The notes under the pieces: generated by a model
Seen by the model: only the letters and a program-made list of their open reading frames with translations
What the model was told of the DNA's origin: nothing
Database searches by the model: none
Virus record (IMG/VR): IMGVR_UViG_3300020044_008864
Span: 1 to 60,538 of that record
Length of the DNA: 60,538 nt
Direction: 5' to 3' (one strand)
Source: a virus
Taxonomy: Duplodnaviria > Caudoviricetes
In this document: positions 22,221 through 32,256 of the stretch, in pieces
How positions within the stretch are numbered: position 1 is the first letter of the stretch
How the letters are laid out: each line of letters opens with the position of its first letter
Made by a program: the position numbers and the translations under genes

Positions 22221-24444
22221 TCTTTACAAAATTGTAAAAGGCTTAATCCCGAAGACTGTCATATCCAATAAGAACAGATCAAGGTCTTGGGCTTATGGAT
22301 ATAATTCGGATTACAATGTTGTCATCATATCAAAGACAGGGGAGATAGGAGAGATATACGACGTATCGGGTCTTTTGATTGCGCTGCCTCCGGCCCCTAA
22401 ACAATGTTACCATAGAAGTCACGCTCCATCCGAGCAGTATTGGGAGAGGGTGGCAATGCCTCGTGAGCTTAATAAGATCTCTACCATCTTTCAATGGAAT
22501 CAAATGCCGTCGCTCTTTAAGAACAATTGGGTTGATTACATAGAGAAAGAGTTCGACAAAAGGGAGCAAGGCTTTTGGTTCATGAACAATGGCGAGCCAA
22601 CCTATATTACAGGATCACATTATATGTACTTGCAGTGGGCGAGTATTGACATTGGATATCCCGACTTCCGTGAGGCGAATAGAATCTATTGGATTTTTTG
22701 GGAGGCGTGTAAAGCTGACACGAGATCATTTGGTATGGTGTATCTGAAGATACGTCGTTCAGGATTTTCTTTTATGTCGTCATCTGAATGTATTAACGTG
22801 GGAACTCTTGCACGTGATGCAAGGGTTGGTATACTATCAAAGACCGGAGCAGATGCTAAGAAGATGTTTACTGATAAGGTTGTTCCTATTAACAACCGTC
22901 TTCCTTTTTTCTTTAAACCTATTATGGATGGAATGGATAAGCCTAAGACTGAGCTTTCCTATCGCATCCCGGCTTCGAAGATCACGAAGAAGAATATGTT
23001 TGATGCTGAGGCAGAAGAGTTAGAGGGTCTTGATAGCACGATAGATTGGAAGAACACAGAGGACAACTCCTATGATGGAGAGAAACTACTCATGTTGGCT
23101 CATGACGAGAGTGGTAAGTGGCAGAAGCCAAACAACATCAAAGAGAATTGGCGGGTAACAAAGACCTGTCTTCGTTTGGGTAGTAAGATCATCGGTAAGT
23201 GTATGATGGGTTCTACATCCAACGCCCTGAATAAGGGTGGTCAGAACTTCAAGGATATATACGAGGACTCTCGCGTGACCAATCGTAATGCGAACGGTCA
23301 GACTAAGAGTGGCTTATACGCTCTGTTCATTCCTATGGAATGGAACATGGAAGGATTCATCGATATGTATGGTATGCCTGTCTTTAGAAAACCTGAGAAG
23401 GCTATCAAAGGTATTGACGGTATGCCAATCGTCAACGGCGCTATTGATTATTGGGAGGCGGAGGTCGAGTCGCTTAAGAATGATTCAGATGCACTCAATG
23501 AATTCTATCGTCAGTTTCCTCGTACAGAGTCTCACGCGTTTAGAGATGAGACCAAGTCGTCTTTGTTTAACCTGACCAAGATCTATCAACAGATTGATTA
23601 CAACGACACGCTTATCAAGGAACACTACCTTACGCGTGGGTCTTTCATGTGGAAGGATGGTGTCAAGGATACCAAGGTTATATTTAGTCCCGACAAGAAG
23701 GGAAGGTTCTTGGTCAGTTGGATGCCGGCCAAGCATCTGCAGAATAACGTGATAGATAGGGGTGGGTCTAAGTACCCGGGCAATGAGCATATCGGTACAT
23801 TCGGCTGTGACTCCTATGATATCTCAGCTGTTGTAGACGGCAGAGGGTCTAATGGTTCTTTGCATGGTATGACCAAGTACCACATGGACGAAGCTCCAAC
23901 AAATGAGTTCTTCTTAGAATATATAGCTCGCCCTCAAACGGCAGAGATATTCTTCGAAGAGGTGTTGATGGCTTGCGTATTTTATGGTATGCCTATCCTT
24001 ATTGAGAACAACAAGCCTCGTTTGTTATACCACTTTAAGAACAGAGGGTACAGAGGGTTCTCTTTGAATAGACCTGACAAACATTACACGAAGCTTAGTA
24101 AGACAGAGAAAGAACTCGGGGGAATACCTAACTCATCTGAGGATGTAAAGCAGGCTCACGCCGCAGCTATTGAGTCGTACATAGAGAAGTACGTAGGCAT
24201 GGATACAGCAGGTGGGTATAGAGATCCCGACGAGATAGGCAGTATGCCGTTCACAAGAACACTTGAGGATTGGGCTAAGTTTGACATTAACGATAGAACA
24301 AAGTTTGACGCCTCGATCAGTTCGGGGTTAGCTATTATGGCAAATCAAAAACATCTTTACGTGCCGGAGAAAAAACAATCAAAAATTAGCATTAACTTTG
24401 CGAGATATAGTAACAAAGGATCTACAAGTGAATTAATTAGATGA
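22165..24444 (+). CDS. terL: terminase large subunit
   Basis: Walker A variant KIRRSGFS, Walker B LAHDESGK, motif III GST, nuclease GCDSYD and KFDASISSG; start uncertain (22102/22165). Confidence 0.92.
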   Translation: MAQVKQIQNKDSQRDVRDSLYKIVKGLIPKTVISNKNRSRSWAYGYNSDYNVVIISKTGEIGEIYDVSGLLIALPPAPKQCYHRSHAPSEQYWERVAMPRELNKISTIFQWNQMPSLFKNNWVDYIEKEFDKREQGFWFMNNGEPTYITGSHYMYLQWASIDIGYPDFREANRIYWIFWEACKADTRSFGMVYLKIRRSGFSFMSSSECINVGTLARDARVGILSKTGADAKKMFTDKVVPINNRLPFFFKPIMDGMDKPKTELSYRIPASKITKKNMFDAEAEELEGLDSTIDWKNTEDNSYDGEKLLMLAHDESGKWQKPNNIKENWRVTKTCLRLGSKIIGKCMMGSTSNALNKGGQNFKDIYEDSRVTNRNANGQTKSGLYALFIPMEWNMEGFIDMYGMPVFRKPEKAIKGIDGMPIVNGAIDYWEAEVESLKNDSDALNEFYRQFPRTESHAFRDETKSSLFNLTKIYQQIDYNDTLIKEHYLTRGSFMWKDGVKDTKVIFSPDKKGRFLVSWMPAKHLQNNVIDRGGSKYPGNEHIGTFGCDSYDISAVVDGRGSNGSLHGMTKYHMDEAPTNEFFLEYIARPQTAEIFFEEVLMACVFYGMPILIENNKPRLLYHFKNRGYRGFSLNRPDKHYTKLSKTEKELGGIPNSSEDVKQAHAAAIESYIEKYVGMDTAGGYRDPDEIGSMPFTRTLEDWAKFDINDRTKFDASISSGLAIMANQKHLYVPEKKQSKISINFARYSNKGSTSELIR

Positions 24445-26876
24445 AAGACGTAGTAATAAAAGTATCTTCCACCGCATTCCCGAATCAGTTCGTGTCTGAC
24501 GCTGAGAAAGCAACACTTGAATTTGGGTTGCAAGTAGGGCAGAGCATACAATTTGAGTGGTTCAAAAAAGACGGAAACAAATGTAGATACTACGGTCAGT
24601 GGAGAGACTTCCATAGGCTAAGACTATACGCTCGTGGTGAGCAGTCAGTGGGTAAGTACAAGAATGAACTTGCTATTGATGGCGACCTTTCTTATCTAAA
24701 TTTAGATTGGACTCCTGTTCCTATTATCCCTAAGTTTGTAGACATCGTTGTTAACGGAATGTCTGACCGCTTGTTCAAGGTTAAGGCGTATGCACAAGAT
24801 GCTATGTCGCAAGCTAAGAGAAGCAAGTATCAAGATATGCTTGAGGGTCAGATGGCTGCTAAAGATATTCTTACTATCATCCAACAGAAGACAGGTGCTG
24901 ATCCATTCATGATGGATCCTAACGAGCTTCCTGAGACTGATGATGAGATGGCTTTATTCATGCAGCTTAACTATAAGCCGGCTATTGAGATCGCAGAAGA
25001 AGAGGCTATCAATACCATCTTCGCTGAGAACCACTATGATGATTTGCGTAAGCGTATTGACTATGACCAAACTGTATTAGGTATTGGTGTAGCGAAGCAC
25101 GAGTTCCTTCCGGGAGCAGGTGTTGAGATTTCTTATGTAGACCCTGCCAATGTGGTATATAGCTACACAGAGGACCCTTACTTCAGAGATTGTTTTTATT
25201 GGGGAGAGATTAAGACTCTACCTATTACTGAACTTATGAAGATTGATCCGACGCTTACCCCTGAAGATCTTGAGGAGATATCTAAGTACAGCCAAAGTTG
25301 GTATGACTATTACAACGTAGCTCAGTTCTATGAGAATACTATGTTCAATAGAGATACCTGCACGTTGCTTTACTTCAACTACAAGACCACAAATAAGGTA
25401 GTGTATAAAAAGAAGATGCTTGAGGGCGGTGGTGTAAGATATATTGAGAAGGATGAGAACTTCAATCCTCCCGCAGAGATGATGGAAGAAGGTAGCTTTG
25501 AGAAAGTTGAAAAGACTATTGACGTTTGGTACAATGGAGTTATGGTTATGGGGACCAACATTATCCTTAAGTGGGAGTTGGCTCAGAACATGGTTCGTCC
25601 TAAGTCAGCATCTCAGCACGCTTTACCTAACTATGTAGCTTGTGCTCCGCGTATGTATAAGGGTGTGATCGAGTCGTTGGTTAGAAGAATGATTCCATTC
25701 GCTGACTTGATTCAGATTACCCACCTTAAACTACAGCAGGTTATTGCGCGTGTTGTGCCTGATGGTGTATTTATTGATGCCGATGGATTGAATGAGGTAG
25801 ACTTGGGAACAGGTGCAGCCTACAACCCTGAGGATGCATTAAGACTTTACTTCCAAACGGGTAGTGTAATAGGAAGAAGCTACACGCAGGATGGTGAGTT
25901 TAATAACGCTCGTGTTCCTATCACTCAACTTACTTCTAACTCAGGAGCTTCTAAGACTCAGATGTTGCTTGCTAACTACAACCACTATCTTGATATGCTT
26001 CGCTCTGTGACAGGATTGAACGAGGCTCGTGACGGTAGTACGCCTGACCCTAACGCTTTAGTTGGTGTTCAGAAGTTGGCTGCACTTAATTCAAACACAG
26101 CTACTCGTCACATCCTTGAGGGTGGCCTTCATATTTACCGTTCACTTGCAGAAGGATTAACTTATAGAATATCTGACATCTTAGAGTATGCAGACTTCAG
26201 AGAAGACTTCGCGAATAAGATTGGTAAGTATAATGTTTCATTGCTTAATGAAATCAAAGACTTATATATCTATGACTTTGGAATCTTTATCGAAGTGGCT
26301 CCTGACGAAGAGGAGAAGGCTCAGCTTGAATCTAATATCCAAATGGCATTGTCTCGTGGAAATATTGACATTGAGGATGCTATTGACATTAGAGAGATTA
26401 AAAATATCAAACTTGCCAACCAACTCCTTAAACTCAAGAGAACTAAAAAGCAAGACAGAGAGGAGAAGATGGAGATGCAGAAGCAGGCGATGATGGCTCA
26501 GCAAAACCTCAAGTCTCAAGAGATGGCAGGACAGGTTGCTATGCAGAAGATTCAGTTGGAGTCTCAAGCCAAGATGCAGATCAAGCAAGCTGAGGTGGCT
26601 TTTGATATTGAGAGGATGAAGCAAGAGGCTATACTTAAGACTCAGCTTATGGCTGAAGAGTTTAAGTACAATATGCAACTTGCCGGAATGCAAGAGAGTC
26701 AGATTAGAAGTAGAGAGATGACTAAGGAGGAAGAGAAGGCTAAGCGTATTAGCATTCAAAATACTCAGCAGTCAAAGCTCATCAACCAAAGAAAGAATAA
26801 CTTACCTCCGTTGAACTTCGAGTCTAACGAGGATAGCTTAGATGGGTTTGACATGGCTGAATTTGAGCCTCGTTAA
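24441..26876 (+). CDS. portal protein
   Basis: 811 aa after TerL; PIIPKFVDIVVNG, TGLNEARDG, Q/M-rich coiled-coil C-terminal barrel as in crAss-like portals. Confidence 0.88.
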   Translation: MKDVVIKVSSTAFPNQFVSDAEKATLEFGLQVGQSIQFEWFKKDGNKCRYYGQWRDFHRLRLYARGEQSVGKYKNELAIDGDLSYLNLDWTPVPIIPKFVDIVVNGMSDRLFKVKAYAQDAMSQAKRSKYQDMLEGQMAAKDILTIIQQKTGADPFMMDPNELPETDDEMALFMQLNYKPAIEIAEEEAINTIFAENHYDDLRKRIDYDQTVLGIGVAKHEFLPGAGVEISYVDPANVVYSYTEDPYFRDCFYWGEIKTLPITELMKIDPTLTPEDLEEISKYSQSWYDYYNVAQFYENTMFNRDTCTLLYFNYKTTNKVVYKKKMLEGGGVRYIEKDENFNPPAEMMEEGSFEKVEKTIDVWYNGVMVMGTNIILKWELAQNMVRPKSASQHALPNYVACAPRMYKGVIESLVRRMIPFADLIQITHLKLQQVIARVVPDGVFIDADGLNEVDLGTGAAYNPEDALRLYFQTGSVIGRSYTQDGEFNNARVPITQLTSNSGASKTQMLLANYNHYLDMLRSVTGLNEARDGSTPDPNALVGVQKLAALNSNTATRHILEGGLHIYRSLAEGLTYRISDILEYADFREDFANKIGKYNVSLLNEIKDLYIYDFGIFIEVAPDEEEKAQLESNIQMALSRGNIDIEDAIDIREIKNIKLANQLLKLKRTKKQDREEKMEMQKQAMMAQQNLKSQEMAGQVAMQKIQLESQAKMQIKQAEVAFDIERMKQEAILKTQLMAEEFKYNMQLAGMQESQIRSREMTKEEEKAKRISIQNTQQSKLINQRKNNLPPLNFESNEDSLDGFDMAEFEPR

Positions 26877-26894
26877 ATATTAATTATTTTTGTA

Positions 26895-26902
26895 TAACTT
26901 TG
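26895..26902 (+). promoter_or_regulatory. -7 promoter element TAACTTTG
   Basis: TATAACTTTGTAAAAATTAAATCA, repeated at 29503. Confidence 0.75.
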
Positions 26903-26917
26903 TAAAAATTAAATCAA

Positions 26918-28021
26918 ATGGAATTCACATCAGTAAAATTGTTAGACGACAGTAACACGAAAGGTGTTGCAGAGAAAGAAGCTGAATTGCTTGCAAACCA
27001 TGAAGCTGCTCAAGCCGCTTCAGATAACGCAGGACAATTAATAGATGAGACTCCTGAGTCTGCGCCTGCAGGGTCGGTGGTTGAATCAAACGAGTTAAAA
27101 GAAGAAGACGTTCTTTCATATATTGGTAAACGATACAATAAGCAAATCAATTCATTTGATGAGTTGATGGCTGAGCGTAGTCAGGCTGAAGAGATGCCTG
27201 AGGACGTAGCTGCTTATATGAAATATAAGAAGGATACGGGACGTGGGTTTGATGACTTCCTCAAATTGAGAAAGGACTTCGACTCGATGGACCAAGATAC
27301 CCTTCTTAAAGAATACATTAGTTCGACTCAACAGGGTCTTGACCCTGACGATATCGATGTTATGATGGAAGACTACCGTTATGACGAAGATCTCGATGAC
27401 GAGTCGACTGTTAAGCGAGTTAAACTCGCTAAGAAAAAAGCTGTTGCTGAAGCGAAGAGATTCTTCAATCAACAAAAGGAACAATACAAGATGCCACTTG
27501 AGTCAAGTGCGCCATCTGTTTCTGATGAAGAGAAGGAGATATACGAATCGTATAAGCAATACACCAAGCAGGCGAAGACTCTGCAGGAAGAAAACGAGCG
27601 CAAAGCAAAATGGTTTGACAGCAAAACTAACGAGTTGTTTAATGGAGAGTTCAAAGGTTTTGAGTTCAAGATAGATGACAAGACGGTTAAGTTCTCACCC
27701 GGTGATGCTTCCGAGCTTAAGAAAGCCCAATCAAGTCCGATGAACCTCATCGGTAAATTCTTGGATGAGAGTGGGATGATTAAGGATGCCGTTGGATACC
27801 ATAGAGCATTAGCTGTCGCTATGAACCCGGAGAAGTTTGCTAAGTTCTTTTATGAGCAAGGCATGGCTAACGCCACTGACGATGTAATGCGCAAAACAAA
27901 GAACATTAATATGTCTGAGCGCAGAGCACCTGAGGTAACTAATACGGGCGGTTTTCAGGTTAAGGCTGTTAATCCTGATCACGGAAGAAAATTAAAAATT
28001 AGCAGCGCAAAAAGAGTATAA
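26918..28021 (+). CDS. putative capsid scaffolding protein
   Basis: Acidic, helical, between portal and capsid genes. Confidence 0.7.
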   Translation: MEFTSVKLLDDSNTKGVAEKEAELLANHEAAQAASDNAGQLIDETPESAPAGSVVESNELKEEDVLSYIGKRYNKQINSFDELMAERSQAEEMPEDVAAYMKYKKDTGRGFDDFLKLRKDFDSMDQDTLLKEYISSTQQGLDPDDIDVMMEDYRYDEDLDDESTVKRVKLAKKKAVAEAKRFFNQQKEQYKMPLESSAPSVSDEEKEIYESYKQYTKQAKTLQEENERKAKWFDSKTNELFNGEFKGFEFKIDDKTVKFSPGDASELKKAQSSPMNLIGKFLDESGMIKDAVGYHRALAVAMNPEKFAKFFYEQGMANATDDVMRKTKNINMSERRAPEVTNTGGFQVKAVNPDHGRKLKISSAKRV

Positions 28022-28041
28022 ACTAAAAACTTAAAAACAAA

Positions 28042-29451
28042 ATGGCTATATTAAGTACGCCCGGTTATCAATTGCAACCTGCTGCTGAGCAAGTTGCATT
28101 ATCAACAAACTACATCACTGACTTCAACTTCTTAGATCAGTATCTTCCTGATACTTATGAGAAAGAATTTGAGCGTTATGGAAATCGCACAGTATCTTCA
28201 TTCTTAAGAATGGTAGGTGCTGAGATGCCTTCTATCTCTGACCAAATTAAATGGGCAGAACAAGGTCGTCTTCACATTAAGTACACCAACTGTAATGCTG
28301 ACTCAGCTGTTAACTCTGATACAGCTACATTTACTGTTAACGACACTAATGTTACTGCAGTTGCTATTCGTGTTGGTCAAACTTTAATGATTCAATCTAA
28401 CGCTAACGGAGCTACTAACAAAGCTATTGTTACCTCAGTTGACACTACAACAGGTGAAGTTGAAGTGGCTTTCTACGAAGCTGCAGGTCAAGCATTTGCT
28501 GTTAACACTACTTGTACAATCTTCATTTATGGTTCTGAGTTTAAAAAAGGAACTAATGGAATGGTTGGTTCTTTGGAAGCTGAAGATGAGTTCTTCTCTA
28601 ACAACCCTATTATCATCAAAGATAAGTATTCGGTTAACGGATCTGACATGGCTCAAATCGGATGGGTTGAAGTAACTACTGAGAATGGTGCTTCAGGATA
28701 CCTTTGGTATTTGAAGTCTGAGCACGAGACTCGTCTTCGTTTTGAAGATTACTTAGAGACTGCAATGATCGAAGCTGTTCCTGCTGCTGCGAATTCAGGA
28801 GCTAAAGCTTTGAACATGATGGGTTCTGAAGGTGTGTTCTACGTAGTTAACCTTCGTGGTAACGTATGGGGTGGTGGTACTCCAACTTCATTGGCTGATT
28901 GGGATTCTATTGTTTCTCGTTTGGACAAGCAAGGAGCTATCGAAGAGAACGTAGTTTTCGCTAATCGTGGTCTTAGCTTTGACATCGACAATATGTTGGC
29001 TACCTTAAACGGTTTCAACGGAGGATCTCCTGCTGCTGCAGCTTCTTATGGTCTTTTCGACAACGACACTGAGATGGCGTTGAACTTAGGATTCACAGGT
29101 TTCCGTCGCGGTTATGACTTCTACAAGTCTGATTGGAAATACTTGAACGATCCAACAATGCGTGGTGGTCTTTATGCAGGTGGTGCAGGTACTGTTACAG
29201 GACTTATGGTTCCTGCAGGATCTACTTCAGTGTATGACCAAATCATGGGTAAGAACGCTAAGCGTCCATTCTTGCACGTTCGTTACCGCGCAAGCGAAGC
29301 TGAAGATCGTCGTTACAAGACTTGGATCACAGGTTCTGCCGGTGGTGCTGCTACAAGCGACTTAGATGCAATGGAGGTCAACTTCCTTTCTGAGCGTTGC
29401 GTATGTACCTTAGGTGCAAACAACTTCGTATTGTTCCGTTACGGAGCATAA
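28042..29451 (+). CDS. major capsid protein
   Basis: 469 aa, strong codon bias, QYLPD..ERYGNR, WAEQGRLH, GFRRGYDFYK; followed by terminator. Confidence 0.88.
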   Translation: MAILSTPGYQLQPAAEQVALSTNYITDFNFLDQYLPDTYEKEFERYGNRTVSSFLRMVGAEMPSISDQIKWAEQGRLHIKYTNCNADSAVNSDTATFTVNDTNVTAVAIRVGQTLMIQSNANGATNKAIVTSVDTTTGEVEVAFYEAAGQAFAVNTTCTIFIYGSEFKKGTNGMVGSLEAEDEFFSNNPIIIKDKYSVNGSDMAQIGWVEVTTENGASGYLWYLKSEHETRLRFEDYLETAMIEAVPAAANSGAKALNMMGSEGVFYVVNLRGNVWGGGTPTSLADWDSIVSRLDKQGAIEENVVFANRGLSFDIDNMLATLNGFNGGSPAAAASYGLFDNDTEMALNLGFTGFRRGYDFYKSDWKYLNDPTMRGGLYAGGAGTVTGLMVPAGSTSVYDQIMGKNAKRPFLHVRYRASEAEDRRYKTWITGSAGGAATSDLDAMEVNFLSERCVCTLGANNFVLFRYGA

Positions 29452-29466
29452 TCGATGTTCTAAAAT

Positions 29467-29501
29467 AAAAAAGGAGGTGTCCACACGGGCACTTCCTTTT
29501 T
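29467..29501 (+). terminator. intrinsic terminator (possibly bidirectional)
   Basis: AAAAAAGGAGGTGTCC-ACAC-GGGCACTTCCTTTTT. Confidence 0.85.
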
Positions 29502-29504
29502 ATA

Positions 29505-29512
29505 TAACTTTG
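29505..29512 (+). promoter_or_regulatory. -7 promoter element TAACTTTG
   Basis: Same context as 26895. Confidence 0.75.
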
Positions 29513-29532
29513 TAAAAATTAAATCATATCAA

Positions 29533-30279
29533 ATGAGCACACAAAAAAAAGTACCTGTAGATAAGGTATATCGACTCGTAAATGGGTCACCCCTTTCTTA
29601 CACATTAGCCTCACGCAATCATCCGAGATACCCATTAATGTGGTATGATGAGGAAACCAATACCAATCGCGCTTTGCGCTACGCTTCTAATCAGAAGTCT
29701 CCATTTGAAGACGCTCAAGATGGCAACTCTATAATTGAGCCTGTCATTTTTGAAGATGGATTTTTAAGAGTTCCTAAAAAAAATCCTGTGTTGCAAGAGT
29801 TCTTGAGTTACCACCCGATGAACGGTACGGTATTCGTAGAAGTAGATAACGAGAAGGAAGCTCACGTTCAAGTTGAAGACTTAAACACTGAGGTAGACGC
29901 TCTTATCGCTGCAAGAGGATTGACTATTGACCAAATTGAAATGCTTACTCGCGTGATGTTTGGTAAAGACCCATCAGTTATTTCAACAGCTGAGCTGAAG
30001 AGAGATATGTTGGTATTTGCCAAGAAAGACCCTCGCGGGTTCTTGTCTATATTAAACGATCCTGAATTGCAATATCAAGATCAGGTTCGTGTATTCTTTG
30101 AAAGAAGTTTACTCTCAGTAAAGAACAATGGTAAGGATATTTATTTCAATACACCTACCAATAAAAAGAAGATGTGTTCAATACCTTTCGGGGAGAATGC
30201 ATATGATGTAGCTGCTCACTATTTACGTAGTGATGAAGGCATCGATGCCCTTAAGATGTTGGAGACGATCCTGTCATAA
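29533..30279 (+). CDS. hypothetical structural-module protein
   Basis: 248 aa, RALRYASNQKSPF, IFEDGFLRVP. Confidence 0.8.
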   Translation: MSTQKKVPVDKVYRLVNGSPLSYTLASRNHPRYPLMWYDEETNTNRALRYASNQKSPFEDAQDGNSIIEPVIFEDGFLRVPKKNPVLQEFLSYHPMNGTVFVEVDNEKEAHVQVEDLNTEVDALIAARGLTIDQIEMLTRVMFGKDPSVISTAELKRDMLVFAKKDPRGFLSILNDPELQYQDQVRVFFERSLLSVKNNGKDIYFNTPTNKKKMCSIPFGENAYDVAAHYLRSDEGIDALKMLETILS

Positions 30280-30299
30280 TTGATTTTCGGTTAAAAGGA

Positions 30300-30328
30300 A
30301 GGGGATGCAATTGCATCCTCTTTTTTTT
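30300..30328 (+). terminator. intrinsic terminator
   Basis: AGGGGATGCAATTGCATCCTC followed by T8. Confidence 0.8.
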
Positions 30329-30331
30329 ATC

Positions 30332-30339
30332 TATCTTTG
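30332..30339 (+). promoter_or_regulatory. -7 promoter element TATCTTTG
   Basis: TAnnTTTG upstream of ATG 30354. Confidence 0.7.
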
Positions 30340-30353
30340 TGGAAAAGAATCAC

Positions 30354-31325
30354 ATGATTAATTCGGTTCGAAACACGGTACTATCTGTTCTCAACAAAAA
30401 TAATTACGGTTATATATCTCCCGCTGACTTTAACTTATTTGCTAAGCAGGCTCAGTTGGAGTTGTATGAAGAGTATTATAGCAATTATAATAACGCTATA
30501 AAACTTGAGAATAGAAGATTAGCAGGCAGTGAGTATGCTAATCTATCGCAACCTCTTGCTGAGGTGGTAGAGTATTTTTTAGTGTCTGACTTTTTAGTTC
30601 CAATAGTTTATCCAAATGGGGATAATGCTAATTCGTTTGAGATTCCTTCTAATGTAACCACAGGTAACTTTGGTTTTATGTTTAGCCGAGTATCTTACTA
30701 CAATGAGATGATATGTGATGGTGATAATACTGCTGTAGGTTCATTTCAGCTTATTGAATCGGGGACAGATTTTAATGCCTTAGGTGTAGTACAAGGAGAC
30801 ATTGTAGTTAACTTAACCACTCTTACTAACACTACTGTTTCGTTTATTTCAAATCCTGATACAATTGAACTACGTGATGATATATTTTTAAATGTAGGAG
30901 AAAATTTTGCAATATACTCAGCAACAAATATATCAGAAGCAGAGAAGGTAACAGACGGGAATATATTTAGGCTTAACTCATCTCTTCTTACTGCTCCTTC
31001 GCAAATGTTTCCTGCATACACATTGTCGGGAAATAGTCTTGTGCCTTACCCTCAAAGACGAGCGCAATATGGAAACGTAAGAGCAAACTACTTTAGATAT
31101 CCTAAAGATCCAAAGTGGACATACATCACCTTATTTGGAGGTGAGCCTTCGTTTGATCAATCGCAACCCGATTACCAAGACTTTGAGCTTCCTATTGAGG
31201 ATGAGTACAAGTTGGTAATGAAGATACTTCAGTATTGTGGTGTATCAATTAGAGAAGCTCAAGTTACTCAATACGCCACGGCACAAGAGCAGCAGGATAA
31301 ATCTGCACTTAATCAACAACAATAA
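30354..31325 (+). CDS. head-tail adaptor / tail ring protein
   Basis: LNKNNYGYISPADFNLFAKQAQ..YFRYPKDPKW..DFELP..ILQYCGVSIRE; position after capsid. Confidence 0.7.
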   Translation: MINSVRNTVLSVLNKNNYGYISPADFNLFAKQAQLELYEEYYSNYNNAIKLENRRLAGSEYANLSQPLAEVVEYFLVSDFLVPIVYPNGDNANSFEIPSNVTTGNFGFMFSRVSYYNEMICDGDNTAVGSFQLIESGTDFNALGVVQGDIVVNLTTLTNTTVSFISNPDTIELRDDIFLNVGENFAIYSATNISEAEKVTDGNIFRLNSSLLTAPSQMFPAYTLSGNSLVPYPQRRAQYGNVRANYFRYPKDPKWTYITLFGGEPSFDQSQPDYQDFELPIEDEYKLVMKILQYCGVSIREAQVTQYATAQEQQDKSALNQQQ

Positions 31326-31331
31326 TAGATC

Positions 31332-32255
31332 ATGGCATATATTTCAGATTATCAATACTATACCAACAATGGAGCCTCGCCCGAGGATTCCAATTGGGGG
31401 TCTTATCAATATGTGAGTCTGTTTGATATCGTTAACAATTTCATGTTGATGTACGCAGGCAATCACTCTCTGATAAATAACGAGGAGCGTTACAAAGTTT
31501 TGTTTCACGCCAAGCGTGCTATTCAAGAACTTAACTACGACGCGTTTAAAGAAATAAAAGTATTAGAGCTGAGTGTATGTGACAGACTTAGGTTTGTCTT
31601 GCCGTCTGACTACGTCAATTGGGTTCGTATCTCTATGTACAAAGATGGATTGTTGCGACCTTTGAGTGAGAATATTCAAACTCTTTCTTCAAATGCTTAT
31701 CTTCAGGACAACAACTGTGAGATTCTTTTCGATCAGGATGGTAACATCTTGAGACCTGAAAATTCAACCATTGACTTTCAAAGAATTACAAAGACCAAGA
31801 AGAGCATATACCTTAGCCCGGGCAATCCATTCAATGGACAAGAGGGTTGGTTCTTCGATGGCAGTTGGTATTTCAACTACTCCTTTGGGAGTAGATTTGG
31901 ATTGAACACAGAGACAGCAAACTCTAACCCTACGTTTAACGTAGATAAGAAAGCAGGTGTTATTAATTTCTCTTCCGAGATGGCAGGAGAACTTTGTATA
32001 CTTGAGTATATCTCTGACGGTATGGAGGGTGGTGACAATTCTATAATCTCAGTGAATAAGTTGTTTGAGAAATATGTGTACGCGTATATTCAGTCTGAGA
32101 TATTAAGTAGTAAACTTGGTGTTCAAGAATATGTAGTGATGAGAGCAAGAAAAGAAAAGTCTGCTTTACTTCGCAATGCAAAAATTAGAATGAGTAACAT
32201 TCATCCCGGCAGATTGCTTATGAATCTCCGTGGTATGGACAAGTGGATAAAATAA
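31332..32255 (+). CDS. tail ring / tubular protein
   Basis: AKRAIQELNYD, LPSDYVNWVRI, LEYISDG. Confidence 0.7.
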   Translation: MAYISDYQYYTNNGASPEDSNWGSYQYVSLFDIVNNFMLMYAGNHSLINNEERYKVLFHAKRAIQELNYDAFKEIKVLELSVCDRLRFVLPSDYVNWVRISMYKDGLLRPLSENIQTLSSNAYLQDNNCEILFDQDGNILRPENSTIDFQRITKTKKSIYLSPGNPFNGQEGWFFDGSWYFNYSFGSRFGLNTETANSNPTFNVDKKAGVINFSSEMAGELCILEYISDGMEGGDNSIISVNKLFEKYVYAYIQSEILSSKLGVQEYVVMRARKEKSALLRNAKIRMSNIHPGRLLMNLRGMDKWIK

Positions 32256-32256
32256 T

